Shown: positions 40,486-49,956 of the stretch, piece after piece
Layout of the letters: the number at the start of each line of letters is the position of its first letter
How positions within the stretch are numbered: position 1 is the first letter of the stretch
Assembly: GCA_017513325.1 (NCBI GenBank)
Contig: JAFXGC010000182.1
Span: 17,106 to 81,105 of the forward strand
Reading direction: 5' to 3'
Source of the DNA: Clostridia bacterium
Lineage (GTDB): Bacteria; Bacillota; Clostridia; Oscillospirales; CAG-272
Length of the DNA stretch: 64,000 nucleotides
Notes under the pieces: model-generated
Databases searched by the model: none
The model's input: the letters and a program-made list of their open reading frames with translations, nothing else
Told to the model about the DNA's origin: nothing
Made by a program: the position numbers and the translations under genes

Positions 40486-40654
40486 AAAAATCCCCCTTTC
40501 TTTCAATATTAGTAACAGCCTTCCATGTGGAAGGCTGTTTTTCATTCTATATCATTTTTTCTCTTATTTCAAGATATTGTTATAAATTCTCTGATAATTT
40601 ACAAATTCAGCCAACCGTCAGCGGCTTTTGGTTACTGTATTGGTGAAAGGATCC

Positions 40655-41260
40655 TTAGCTTATAATATCACTGATTATATGAAGAATACTGTCGTATAAT
40701 GCGGCGTCAATATAATAAATTTCCTCTTCACAAATCAGAGCATTGCCGGCTATGCTGTAGTTTGCAACGGTGTTATTACCAAAATGGATAGAGATATTAT
40801 ACTGGCCTGCAGTTGTTTTCTGGCAAGGAATTGCCCCATCAACCACCTCATTTATAAGCTTATCGAGCTCACTTGCAAGAACTGCATCATTAATATGGCT
40901 GACTATTTCGTTTTCGGAACTCTCCACAGTTACGGCAACAGGGCCTTGGGATGTTGAGCCCGAATAACCGTTTTCTTTTATACCGCCAAGTTCTGGAGCT
41001 GCTTCAGGAGCTGCAGTATCACACTCTTCAAAAATGGAAAAATTATTGTTCACATCAAACATACCGTCGCTTGATCCGTCAAGCCTCTCGTTATTTGCCT
41101 TTATGCCCCCATTCATTGTAAGGGCCAAAATGCCAATGAAGGAGCACAGCAAAACAGGAACACAGCACATAACGACGCGGTTGATTCTTTTTCTTCTTTT
41201 AATTATTTTATCCGATCTTGCAAAGATCTCAGCCTTGAATTCTTCGTTTGTTCTTTTCAT
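40655..41260 (-). CDS. membrane-anchored putative anti-sigma factor
   Basis: 201 aa. It overlaps the stop of the ECF sigma gene by 4 nt. The layout is a short cytoplasmic N-terminus, one TM segment (VVMCCVPVLLCSFIGILALTM) and an extracytoplasmic domain. Confidence 0.55.
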   Translation of the reverse strand: MKRTNEEFKAEIFARSDKIIKRRKRINRVVMCCVPVLLCSFIGILALTMNGGIKANNERLDGSSDGMFDVNNNFSIFEECDTAAPEAAPELGGIKENGYSGSTSQGPVAVTVESSENEIVSHINDAVLASELDKLINEVVDGAIPCQKTTAGQYNISIHFGNNTVANYSIAGNALICEEEIYYIDAALYDSILHIISDIIS

Positions 41261-41802
41261 AACGCACTGCCCTCCTCTCCCAGTTTTTCGCGAAGCACTT
41301 TTTTTGCGCGATATAAAAGATTATCCACCTGCTTGCGCGTTTTCTTCATAACCTTTGCTATGTCCTCATAGGAAAGCTCTTCGAAATAGAAAAGAAGAAC
41401 TGCCTCCTGCATATCCTTGGGAAGCGAAGAAACTGCTTCCATCACAGCCTTTCTTCTCTCATCACGCATCAGCTCCTCTTCGGGACCTTCATCGGCTTCA
41501 ACCGACTCTGCTTCCGTGAGGGCTGTGAACACTATTCTTTTTTTGCGCCTGAGATAGTCCAGTGCGCGGCTTCTTCCAAGCATAAAAAGATAGGTCTTCA
41601 GCTGAACCTTAAAATTATAGTGATGCCTATTGACTGTGAGGAAAGTGAATACGTCGATCGCAATATCCTCGGCCGCCCACATATCGTGAACATAGCGGTT
41701 TATGAAAAGAGTCAGAATCTGGCGATATTCTGTAAGAATATCGTCAAAAGCGGACTGATCACCGTCAAGAAAACGGCGGTAGCTACTTGCACCGTTATCC
41801 AT
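41257..41802 (-). CDS. ECF-type RNA polymerase sigma-70 family factor
   Basis: 181 aa. Region 2 is FDDILTEYRQILTLFINRYV and the region 4 HTH is LSYEDIAKVMKKTRKQVDNLLYRAKKVL. Confidence 0.85.
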   Translation of the reverse strand: MDNGASSYRRFLDGDQSAFDDILTEYRQILTLFINRYVHDMWAAEDIAIDVFTFLTVNRHHYNFKVQLKTYLFMLGRSRALDYLRRKKRIVFTALTEAESVEADEGPEEELMRDERRKAVMEAVSSLPKDMQEAVLLFYFEELSYEDIAKVMKKTRKQVDNLLYRAKKVLREKLGEEGSAL

Positions 41803-42008
41803 TATGTATACGCCTTTCTGTTTCTTTCATCTGTTATACGAACGAAAGAAACACAATTCCTTATTATTTTCAGTATAACACAAGTTTTTTATAAAAGCAA
41901 TTAAACTGTTCGTTGAATCTAACTATCTGTTTATGCGCTGTTAATACGATCTTCCGGAAGATATCATATTATTAAGCAAATATTATAAACCAAAAAGGAG
42001 ATAACAAA

Positions 42009-42461
42009 ATGAAACTTGCAGGCATAGAACTAACTAAAAAAACAATTATAATTGCCCTTTTGACGATCGTTTTTCTGGGAATGCTCATATATTTTTTCTA
42101 TCCCAGAAATCTGGGGGACATTTGCCATTGCCCATCAAAAATTGAGAAAATAGATATCACCGACAACCATCTTGCTTCAGCCGAAGATACAGATGCTGTC
42201 AATCTCTACACTGATGATGCAGGAAAACTTATAAATGCTATAAACAACACCAGAGTTTATAAAAATCCCCTATACAAAAAGCTTGATGACGTAGGAAATG
42301 AATCTGTCAACCTCTACATACATTTCAAAACCAAAGGTCACGTTATGAAAGTACCCTTGAAAATCCATGTGCTCACAGATAACATCCTTGTCGTTGACGG
42401 CGTTCAATACAGAATATACGGCAGCAATTTTATAGAAGTTTTCAATTCACTGATTTCATAA
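42009..42461 (+). CDS. membrane-anchored hypothetical protein
   Basis: 150 aa with an N-terminal TM segment, RBS aaaggag, and its own terminator. Its C-terminal domain resembles that of the anti-sigma candidate (see findings). Confidence 0.55.
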   Translation: MKLAGIELTKKTIIIALLTIVFLGMLIYFFYPRNLGDICHCPSKIEKIDITDNHLASAEDTDAVNLYTDDAGKLINAINNTRVYKNPLYKKLDDVGNESVNLYIHFKTKGHVMKVPLKIHVLTDNILVVDGVQYRIYGSNFIEVFNSLIS

Positions 42462-42474
42462 CCTCCATATAAAA

Positions 42475-42512
42475 AACGGATATATCCGCAATTTTCGGGA
42501 TATCCGTTTTTT
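42475..42512 (+). terminator. terminator of the 42009 gene
   Basis: aacggatat (42475-42483) pairs with atatccgtt (42500-42508), followed by TTTT. Confidence 0.6.
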
Positions 42513-42524
42513 GCTATGAAATAA

Positions 42525-42734
42525 ACATTTCCTTATTTCAAGCTGAATTTCACCATTCCCGAAAATCTCATTTCTGCAATTATCCTTATTATTATAACTC
42601 TTATCACCAGCACCCTTACCACAAAAGTGAGAAACTGGGAAAACCTGCGTGTTGAAACAGAAAAGGAGAAAATGCGCGCAAATATATTGACGAAAGACTT
42701 CTTGCAGCTCCCCCCGTTGCTCTCGCTCAGGTAA
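42525..42734 (+). pseudogene. remnant of a DUF4118-type (KdpD-like) sensor histidine kinase
   Basis: An open frame with no start codon translates to TFPYFKLNFTIPENLISAIILIIITLITSTLTTKVRNWENLRVETEKEKMRANIL..., which resembles the last TM segment plus linker just before the H-box. The H-box and ATPase domains are absent. Confidence 0.4.
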
Positions 42735-42746
42735 AAAAGGAACCTC

Positions 42747-42790
42747 GCAGGGAGACACTTCGTAAAGAAATGTCTCCCTGCTTCTTTTTA
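42747..42790 (+). terminator. terminator-like hairpin after the kinase remnant
   Basis: gcagggagaca (42747-42757) pairs with tgtctccctgc (42771-42781), followed by a T-rich run. Confidence 0.55.
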
Positions 42791-42801
42791 TATAAAAATT
42801 A

Positions 42802-43052
42802 ACACTTTCAGAACGAAAGTGTCATAGTGAGTTACATTTTTGAAACACCATCTCAAAAACAAGAATAATAAGTGATATTGTGAGACAGGTCTCACAGTGA
42901 TATTTTACCTATCGGCAAAGTGGTATTGAAACTTGCAGTTTCAGTGATATTATATTCGCATCCAAAACTGTCCGAAGGACAATATCACTGCGTATCAATA
43001 TCACTCGCCGAAGGCGAATATAACTGAGGCACCTCCGTAAGGAAGGTGCCTC
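42802..43052 (+). repeat. phased 9-mer / variable-hairpin array, copy A
   Basis: GTGATAT-type cores start at 42827 (degenerate), 42872, 42897, 42920 (GTGGTAT) and 42944. Reverse-complement cores ATATCAC are at 42982 and 42998, and ATATAAC at 43018. Small perfect hairpins lie between cores, and a closing hairpin with a GUAA loop spans 43026-43052. Confidence 0.85.
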
Positions 43053-43075
43053 CGGGTTCCTTGTTTATTTAAAGA

Positions 43076-43106
43076 ATCAAAAAAGGGACTGCAAATTGCA
43101 GTCCCT
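43076..43106 (-). terminator. rny terminator
   Basis: gggactgca (43085-43093) pairs with tgcagtccc (43098-43106). A U run follows on the minus strand. Confidence 0.7.
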
Positions 43107-43178
43107 GATTGTTTCCGTTATAGCTCTATAATAAATATATATATAATGCTTTCGCACGGAATTGTAAGCTGCGCCAGC

Positions 43179-44738
43179 TTACTTTGCATAATCTACGGAG
43201 CGACTCTCTCTAATGATATTAACCTTGATCTGTCCGGGATATTCAAGCTCCTCTTCGATCTTCTTTACGATATCGCGTGCAACAAAAGGCATCTTATCAT
43301 CTGTGATGATCTCAGGCTTAACCATAATACGAACTTCGCGGCCTGCCTGGATAGCAAATGATTTTTCAACACCTTCAAAGCTCTTTGCGATTTCTTCAAG
43401 CTTTGTGAGTCGTTTAATATAATTTTCAAGATTTTCGCGTCTTGCGCCGGGTCTTGCTGCAGAAATTGCATCTGCTGCCTGAACGATCATTGCAATGATC
43501 GTCTGAGGCTCAACATCGCCGTGGTGCGCTTCAATAGCGTGAAGAACTTCTTTGCCTTCTTTATACTTTCTGGCTGTGTCAACACCAAGCTGAACGTGTG
43601 AACCTTCAAGCTCTGCTGTCAGTGCCTTACCGATATCGTGGAGAAGACCTGCGCGCTTAGCAAGTGTGCTGTCTACGCCAAGCTCGTCCGCAATGATACC
43701 GGAGAGAAGGGATACTTCGATAGAGTGACGGAGAACGTTCTGACCGTAACTTGTTCTGTACTTCAGGCGGCCAAGCAGCTTAACAAGCTCGTTGTTGAGA
43801 CCGTGGATGCCTGTTTCGAATGTTGCGGCGTCTCCTGCCTTTTTGATTGAAACCTCAACCTCGTGGCGAGCCTTTTCAACCATTTCTTCGATACGTGTGG
43901 GATGGATTCTACCGTCAGAGATAAGCTTTTCAAGAGCGAGCCTTGCAACTTCTCTTCTGATAGGATCAAAGCTGGAAATTGTGATTGCTTCAGGTGTGTC
44001 GTCGATAATAAGATCAACGCCTGTAAGTGTTTCGATCGTGCGGATATTTCTACCTTCACGGCCGATAATTCGTCCCTTCATATCTTCGCTGGGGAGAGAT
44101 ACTGTGGAAACTGTGATTTCGGCAACGTGGTCTGCTGCGCAACGCTGGATCGCAAGGGAAATTATATTTCTCGCTTTATCGTCTGCTGCGTCCTTGAATT
44201 CTTCTTCAAGTTCAACCATTCTCTTTGCCTGTTCGTGACGAACCTCATCAACCATATCGTCAATAAGCTTCTGTCTTGCCTGCTCTGCTGTCATTCCGGA
44301 TATACGCTGAAGCGCCATTCTTGCTTCAGTTTTGAGATTCTGCAGCTCTTCTTTTGTTTCGTCGTTTTCCTGAATCTTCTTCTGGAGAACTTCGTCTTTC
44401 TTTTCAAGAGCTTCTGTCTTCTTATCCAGATTTTCTTCCTTCTGCTGAACCCTACGTTCCTGTCTGGAGAGCTCGCTGCGGCGTTCTTTGATTTCCTGTT
44501 CGAATTCGTTCTTACTTCTGAGCATTTCTTCTTTTGCTTCAATAAGAACTTCCTTCTTTGCCGCTGCCGCATCAGCTTTCGCCTGGTTCAGACCGTCTGC
44601 AATAATCTTTTTAGCCTGGAGCTCCGCGCTTCCGATAGCCGCCTCGGCAACCTTCTTGCGATATACGATTCCGCAAGGAAGACCGATAATAACGCCTACG
44701 ATAAGAGCAATTGCCCCTGTTATTACATATGGTAGCAT
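43179..44738 (-). CDS. rny: ribonuclease Y
   Basis: 519 aa with an N-terminal TM segment, a K/E-rich coiled coil, a KH domain ([12 protein letters not shown]) and an HD domain (LLHDIGK). Confidence 0.95.
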   Translation of the reverse strand: MLPYVITGAIALIVGVIIGLPCGIVYRKKVAEAAIGSAELQAKKIIADGLNQAKADAAAAKKEVLIEAKEEMLRSKNEFEQEIKERRSELSRQERRVQQKEENLDKKTEALEKKDEVLQKKIQENDETKEELQNLKTEARMALQRISGMTAEQARQKLIDDMVDEVRHEQAKRMVELEEEFKDAADDKARNIISLAIQRCAADHVAEITVSTVSLPSEDMKGRIIGREGRNIRTIETLTGVDLIIDDTPEAITISSFDPIRREVARLALEKLISDGRIHPTRIEEMVEKARHEVEVSIKKAGDAATFETGIHGLNNELVKLLGRLKYRTSYGQNVLRHSIEVSLLSGIIADELGVDSTLAKRAGLLHDIGKALTAELEGSHVQLGVDTARKYKEGKEVLHAIEAHHGDVEPQTIIAMIVQAADAISAARPGARRENLENYIKRLTKLEEIAKSFEGVEKSFAIQAGREVRIMVKPEIITDDKMPFVARDIVKKIEEELEYPGQIKVNIIRESRSVDYAK

Positions 44739-45350
44739 GCAATACCTCCTTATCTTTATGAAATAAAATGATTAAAAGCATATTTAACCATATCTCCGGA
44801 GATACTGACCGACTTATATTATTAAATTTTCAAAAGTGCAATTCAATCTATATAAATCCGACAGTTAAGCCGGAGTATGAGCATACACATACGGTTATTT
44901 TATAACAATTATTAATTTATGTCAATAGTATTTCAAAAAACGCCCCGTTTTTAGGGGATTTTTTTTGCACTTTTACTATATTTACAAGATGACTCTTTTG
45001 TTACAAAATATGCGTATATTGTCGAATTTTGAAGATTAAGAAAACTCCGGCTTCCCCTTTATACAAAACGCTTCCTGCTGTCAAAAAGTGTTTTGTTTGT
45101 TCATTTTTTGCAAAATTCACAATGCGGTATTTTCGGCATTTATAAAAAATAAGTCGAACTAATTGTGATTATGGTATATAGTGTTGTCGTTACGTGTAAA
45201 AAAATCAACATCTTGCATTCATAATGATGAAAAATAACGGGTGATTTTTTTGATTGCAAAAGACGACAAAATATTCTTAATATTCAAATCATATATGTTC
45301 GTATAATCAATCCACCGTGAGCGCAGCGCATAAAAACTGACAAAGAAAGT

Positions 45351-45671
45351 GTGACAGCTATGGCCCATCTCATAAAACAAAAAAGAGAGCCTTATGTAAC
45401 AAAGCTCTCTATTAAGCATCTCACAGGGGATATCATCCTGTTATACCGTCTGACAGAGGAAAGGTTATTCTACTACAACGGCATTTACGGAACTGTTTAC
45501 TCCATATCTGTAACCAAAATCGACAATGGCGGCAGAAGGAGAGAGGTGAGTCGTGTTTACGACGTTTCACGATGCGAATCGGAAGCCCTCAGAATATTCC
45601 GCCTTATAAGCCGCGGCAGAGTCACTCCCTGCTGTCTGCACGAAATGGTTGAGGAGCTTATATCATATTAG
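45351..45671 (+). CDS. small conserved hypothetical protein (DUF6514-like)
   Basis: 106-aa ORF. The ...YGTVYSISVTK...VTPCCLHEMVEELI pattern recalls a Clostridial DUF family. The start is uncertain (GTG 45351 or ATG 45360). Confidence 0.4.
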   Translation: MTAMAHLIKQKREPYVTKLSIKHLTGDIILLYRLTEERLFYYNGIYGTVYSISVTKIDNGGRRREVSRVYDVSRCESEALRIFRLISRGRVTPCCLHEMVEELISY

Positions 45672-46522
45672 CCCTCGATATATCTTTCATAATAAAACAG
45701 ATATTGCTGCGCTATTCCCGCTTCGTTTCCGAAAACCGACTTATCAAGCCCGTTGGGAAAACGCTTTTCTATAACCTTTTTTATCCATACGTCGATAGGG
45801 AAAGCATCCGTTCTTCCAAACCCGAAAAGAAGGGTGCAGGCGGCAACCTTTGGGCCAACGCCCGAAACACTCATCAGCATTTCAGCCGCTTCTTCATAAG
45901 TTGCGGCAGAAGCCACTTTATTCAGATCCAGCTCACCTGTGTGAACTTTTTTTGCAGCATCAAATATGTATTTTGCTCTGAAACCCGTTCTGAGAGCGAA
46001 AATTTCAGCTTCTCCCGCTTCAAAAAGCGATTTTGCCGTTGGAAAAGTGTAAACACTGCCAATGTTTTCCCCGTATTTTTCACTCATAGCGGAAATGATC
46101 TTTTTTATTCTTGGGATATTATTATTCTGTGAAACTATAAACGAGCACAGCGCTTCCCAAGGGTCCTGACGGAGAATTCTGATGCCGCTGCCTGTTTCAA
46201 CTGCAAGCCTCATATGGCTTTGATCGGACAAAGGAAGAGACTCAACGATTTTTTTATCTATAGCCTTATAGTCAACTTCAAGCTGAAGATAGTTTTTCCA
46301 GATGTTGTTGAAATCTTCTTCATCCGAGCGAACAAAAAGGTCTCCTTCTTTTTCAGCAAAGCTGACGCTGCGGCCAAATGCAACGCCGTCAACTCTGTGG
46401 TCAAAATTCGCATCTTCTACGGGATCAAAACGAAAGCACTGACCGCAATCGAAGGTTTTGAAAACGGAAAAACCATCTGTTTTAATACGGAGCCAGCCGT
46501 TTTCATTTGATAATATTTCCAT
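45668..46522 (-). CDS. ogg: 8-oxoguanine DNA glycosylase/AP lyase (Ogg, HhH-GPD)
   Basis: 284 aa. The N-terminal FDCGQCFRF motif and the HhH-GPD motif VSGVGPKVAACTLLFGFGRTDAFPIDVW are present. Confidence 0.85.
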   Translation of the reverse strand: MEILSNENGWLRIKTDGFSVFKTFDCGQCFRFDPVEDANFDHRVDGVAFGRSVSFAEKEGDLFVRSDEEDFNNIWKNYLQLEVDYKAIDKKIVESLPLSDQSHMRLAVETGSGIRILRQDPWEALCSFIVSQNNNIPRIKKIISAMSEKYGENIGSVYTFPTAKSLFEAGEAEIFALRTGFRAKYIFDAAKKVHTGELDLNKVASAATYEEAAEMLMSVSGVGPKVAACTLLFGFGRTDAFPIDVWIKKVIEKRFPNGLDKSVFGNEAGIAQQYLFYYERYIEG

Positions 46523-46584
46523 ACTTGCGCCTCCGCAGTTATTGTTGTATAATGTTTATATAATGAATTGTTCGCGAGGTTATT

Positions 46585-47283
46585 ATGGAGCAGATTTACA
46601 CCATACCCGTCAACGAAGCCTTTGAAAAATGCGCCATAGAGGGCGGTTGTCCCTTTTGCACTCTTGAAAAGCAGCTTGAGGACAACGAAATTGAGCTCAT
46701 CCTGGGCGCCTCTATGATGGAGCCCGACGTACGCCGGAAGACCAACGAAATGGGCTTTTGCAGAAATCATTTTAAAATAATGTTTTCTGCAGGCAAAAAG
46801 CTGCCTCTTGCTCTCATTCTTGAAAGCCATCTGAAAGAGGTTGGCGACAGCCTTTCAAAACCGGGACTTATGCCCGCCATTTCAGGCGCGTCCACAGCCA
46901 AAAAGCTTTCAAACGTCAGCGACTCTTGCTATGTTTGCTCAAGAATCGAATATAATTTCACCCGTATGGTTGACACCGCTGCTTATCTGTGGGAAACTGA
47001 CGAAGATTTTCGCCGCAAATGCAAAAAGCAGGAAGGATTTTGTATTCCCCACGCAGCTGAATATCTCACAGCGGCAAAAGCGAGAATGAAAGGAAAGGTT
47101 TTTGCTGAATTTTACGGCAAGATCTATGACGTTCAGTCAAAGCATATGGAAGGGATTTCCGAAAAGCTCTCCCGCTTTGTCAAAAGCTTCGACTATCGCT
47201 ATGCCAACGTTCCGATCGACGATGCGCGCGATGCCGTTGAAAAAACTATTGAGCTTATTTGCGGAGAATACCCGAAACGATAA
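46585..47283 (+). CDS. DUF6062 family Cys-rich protein
   Basis: 232 aa. MEQIYTIPVNEAFEK...CPFC...ILGASMMEPDVRRKTNEMGFCRNH...CYVC matches my memory of DUF6062. Confidence 0.65.
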   Translation: MEQIYTIPVNEAFEKCAIEGGCPFCTLEKQLEDNEIELILGASMMEPDVRRKTNEMGFCRNHFKIMFSAGKKLPLALILESHLKEVGDSLSKPGLMPAISGASTAKKLSNVSDSCYVCSRIEYNFTRMVDTAAYLWETDEDFRRKCKKQEGFCIPHAAEYLTAAKARMKGKVFAEFYGKIYDVQSKHMEGISEKLSRFVKSFDYRYANVPIDDARDAVEKTIELICGEYPKR

Positions 47284-47287
47284 TACC

Positions 47288-47322
47288 AAGGCTTCCCTTC
47301 CATAAGGGAAGCCTTATTTTTA
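47288..47322. terminator. bidirectional terminator (DUF6062 gene / ygiQ)
   Basis: aaggcttccctt (47288-47299) pairs with aagggaagcctt (47304-47315), flanked by A/T runs. Confidence 0.65.
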
Positions 47323-49335
47323 TCTCAATCTCTTTTTCTTCGGCTTGGGTTTTGCCCAGCCCTTAGGCCTGTTGCCTGCGGTTTGTGCAGGTTTGGACTG
47401 CTTTTTGGGGCTGTTATCGTTTTTTTGTGTGTTTTTAGGGTTCTTGCCTTCTGTTTTCTTTTTACTCTGCCCCTCAGGTTTCTTTTCTTTACTATCGGGG
47501 GCAAAATGTCTTGTGTCGGGACGAACAAGGCAGTCTTTATCAAAGCCGATAAGGTCTTCTCTACCGCACTTTTTAAGTGCCTCGCGAACCATATTTCTGT
47601 TTTCCGGGCGGCGATACTGAAGCAGTGCTCTCTGCATCTGCTTTTCTCTGTAATCGGTGGGGCAATATATTTCCTTATCCGTCATAGGATTGATGCCCGT
47701 ATAGAACATAACGGTAGACGCTGTTCCCGGGGTGGGATAATAATCCTGCACCTGTTCGGGATTGAGTCCTATTTCCTTTGTATAGAGGGCAAGCTCAACC
47801 GCATCTTCAAGTCGTGAACCCGGGTGGCTTGACATAAGATAAGGAACGAGGAACTGATTGAGTCCCGCTTCGTCGCAAAGCTTGAAATATTTTTCACGGA
47901 ATGCATCGTAAACACTTACGTCCGGCTTACCCATGCAGGAAAGTACGTGGGATGAGCAATGCTCGGGCGCAACCTTCAACTGACCGCTGACATGATCACG
48001 GACAAGCTTTCTGAAAAATGCATCACTTTTATCTGCCATAAGATAGTCAAAGCGGATGCCGGAACGGATAAACACTTTTTTAACTCCGGGCACGGCTTCA
48101 ACTGCCTTTAGAAGCTCAATATATTCCGTGTGGTCTGCAACAAGGTTTTTGCAGGGTGTGGGCACAAGGCACTGTCTGTTTCTGCAAACACCGCTTTTGA
48201 GCTGCTTTTCGCAGGCAGGCTTTCTGAAGTTTGCGGTGGGGCCGCCAACATCGTGGATATATCCTTTGAAATCTGGCATTTTTGCGATTATCTCCGCTTC
48301 GCGCACAACGCTTTCAATGCTGCGTGAGCGCACGCTTCTTCCCTGATGGAAGGCAAGGGCGCAGAAATTGCAGCCGCCAAAGCAACCTCTGTTATGAGTG
48401 ATAGAGAATTTAACCTCGGCAATGGCAGGAATACCGCCATCCTTATCATACATAGGGTGCCAGTTTCTCACATATGGCAGCGCGTAAACCTTATCAAGCT
48501 CCTCTCGCTCCAGAGGAGGCTGAGGAGGATTCTGCACAAGCATTCGATCTCCATAGTATTCAACAACGGCTTTTCCGCTGATAGCGTCGTTGTTCTTATA
48601 CTGTGTTGCAAAGGCTTTGGCGTATATTCTTTTATCTGTTTTTAGTTCGTCATAATCATATCCCACAGGCTCGCCGTCAACTTCTCCGTCAGATGTGGGG
48701 AAGTTGACCTTTTCTCCGCGCTTGCACAGATATGACGTGCCGCGCACGTCGCGAATCTTCTTGACAGGAATACCTTTATCAAGGAGCTGAGCCACGCGCA
48801 CGATGGACTTTTCGCCCATACCGTAGGAGAGAATATCGGCGCGGCTATCCACAAGGATACTGCGGCGCACCTTATTATCCCAATAATCGTAGTGAGCAAA
48901 GCGGCGAAGTGAGGCTTCAAGTCCGCCGATAATGATGGGCACGTCGCCGTATGCTTCTCTGATTCTGTTGCAATAAACTATAACGGCGCGGTCAGGTCTG
49001 TATCCTGCTTTTCCGCCCGGAGAATAATAATCGGAGCTTCTTTTCTTTTTTGCCGCCGTATAGTGGCAAACCATGGAGTCGATATTACCGCCCGAAACAA
49101 GGAAACCAAGACGTGGACGTCCGAATTTCTTCATTGCTTCGCAGCTTTTATAATCGGGCTGGGGCAGAATTGCAACAACGAAACCTGCCGCTTCAAGCAC
49201 TCTTGAAATGATGGCGCAGCCAAAAGAGGGATGGTCAACATAAGCATCCCCGCAAACGTATACAAAATCTGGCACGTCACGCCCAAGGGCTTTCACCTCT
49301 TCCGGCGTTACAGGCAAAAATTTATTTTCACTCAT
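47320..49335 (-). CDS. ygiQ: YgiQ-family (UPF0313) radical SAM protein
   Basis: 671 aa with the radical SAM cluster CFGGCNFC, YgiQ-type N- and C-domains, and a long Lys-rich C-terminal tail. Confidence 0.85.
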   Translation of the reverse strand: MSENKFLPVTPEEVKALGRDVPDFVYVCGDAYVDHPSFGCAIISRVLEAAGFVVAILPQPDYKSCEAMKKFGRPRLGFLVSGGNIDSMVCHYTAAKKKRSSDYYSPGGKAGYRPDRAVIVYCNRIREAYGDVPIIIGGLEASLRRFAHYDYWDNKVRRSILVDSRADILSYGMGEKSIVRVAQLLDKGIPVKKIRDVRGTSYLCKRGEKVNFPTSDGEVDGEPVGYDYDELKTDKRIYAKAFATQYKNNDAISGKAVVEYYGDRMLVQNPPQPPLEREELDKVYALPYVRNWHPMYDKDGGIPAIAEVKFSITHNRGCFGGCNFCALAFHQGRSVRSRSIESVVREAEIIAKMPDFKGYIHDVGGPTANFRKPACEKQLKSGVCRNRQCLVPTPCKNLVADHTEYIELLKAVEAVPGVKKVFIRSGIRFDYLMADKSDAFFRKLVRDHVSGQLKVAPEHCSSHVLSCMGKPDVSVYDAFREKYFKLCDEAGLNQFLVPYLMSSHPGSRLEDAVELALYTKEIGLNPEQVQDYYPTPGTASTVMFYTGINPMTDKEIYCPTDYREKQMQRALLQYRRPENRNMVREALKKCGREDLIGFDKDCLVRPDTRHFAPDSKEKKPEGQSKKKTEGKNPKNTQKNDNSPKKQSKPAQTAGNRPKGWAKPKPKKKRLR

Positions 49336-49350
49336 CGTTTTCTCCGTTTG

Positions 49351-49956
49351 TCACTTTTCCCACAGACTTTCCGCTGCAGAGAAAAAACCGTTTTTATCTG
49401 TTAAAAGATTAAGTGCGCCAAGCAGCGCATTGGGCGTCATATCAGAAGGAAGGCCGAAATATTCTGCCATTTCATTTCTTCGCTTCACGCTTCCGTCAGA
49501 GCCCGTCATTCCAACTTCAAAAAAGTCGGCTTTTGTGATGCCGCCAACGTTGCGGCTGTCACCACCAAATATATGTTTATCCGCAAAATCGCTGAAAAGG
49601 TTATAGAGAAGGTCTGTTTCCATTCCTTCAACGCCAAGTGTACCTTCCTTTGATGCGGTTTTCTTTCTTTTTTCTTTTCCCTCAATTTTGGGAATGTACA
49701 GGTTAAATACTTTATCTTTGGGCAGGGCGCTTTTAAGGTGTCCTCTTATAACGCCGCCTGCGCCGTCACTGTCGGTGAGCACAACGACACCGTTTTCGCT
49801 GAGCCTTTTTATAAGCGCCAGTTTTTCCTTGTGATTGAAAATGCTGAATCCGTTTGTTGCGATTATCTGGCAATCGAGAAATTCCGCAAGCTTGGATTTA
49901 TCGTATCTTCCCTCAACGATAACGGGGATGGGAAGCTTTATCTTTTCTCTTGTCAT
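49351..49956 (-). CDS. Toprim domain protein (RNase M5-like, DUF4093-type C-terminus)
   Basis: Toprim acidic motifs PVIVEGRYDK...VVVLTDSDGAGGVIRGHL. It overlaps the holA stop by 4 nt. Confidence 0.6.
   Translation of the reverse strand: MTREKIKLPIPVIVEGRYDKSKLAEFLDCQIIATNGFSIFNHKEKLALIKRLSENGVVVLTDSDGAGGVIRGHLKSALPKDKVFNLYIPKIEGKEKRKKTASKEGTLGVEGMETDLLYNLFSDFADKHIFGGDSRNVGGITKADFFEVGMTGSDGSVKRRNEMAEYFGLPSDMTPNALLGALNLLTDKNGFFSAAESLWEK

Noticed and set aside
43863-44735. 290-aa plus-strand ORF
   Set aside because: It is antisense to rny, and its low-complexity Phe/Leu-rich product mirrors the K/E-rich coiled coil of RNase Y.
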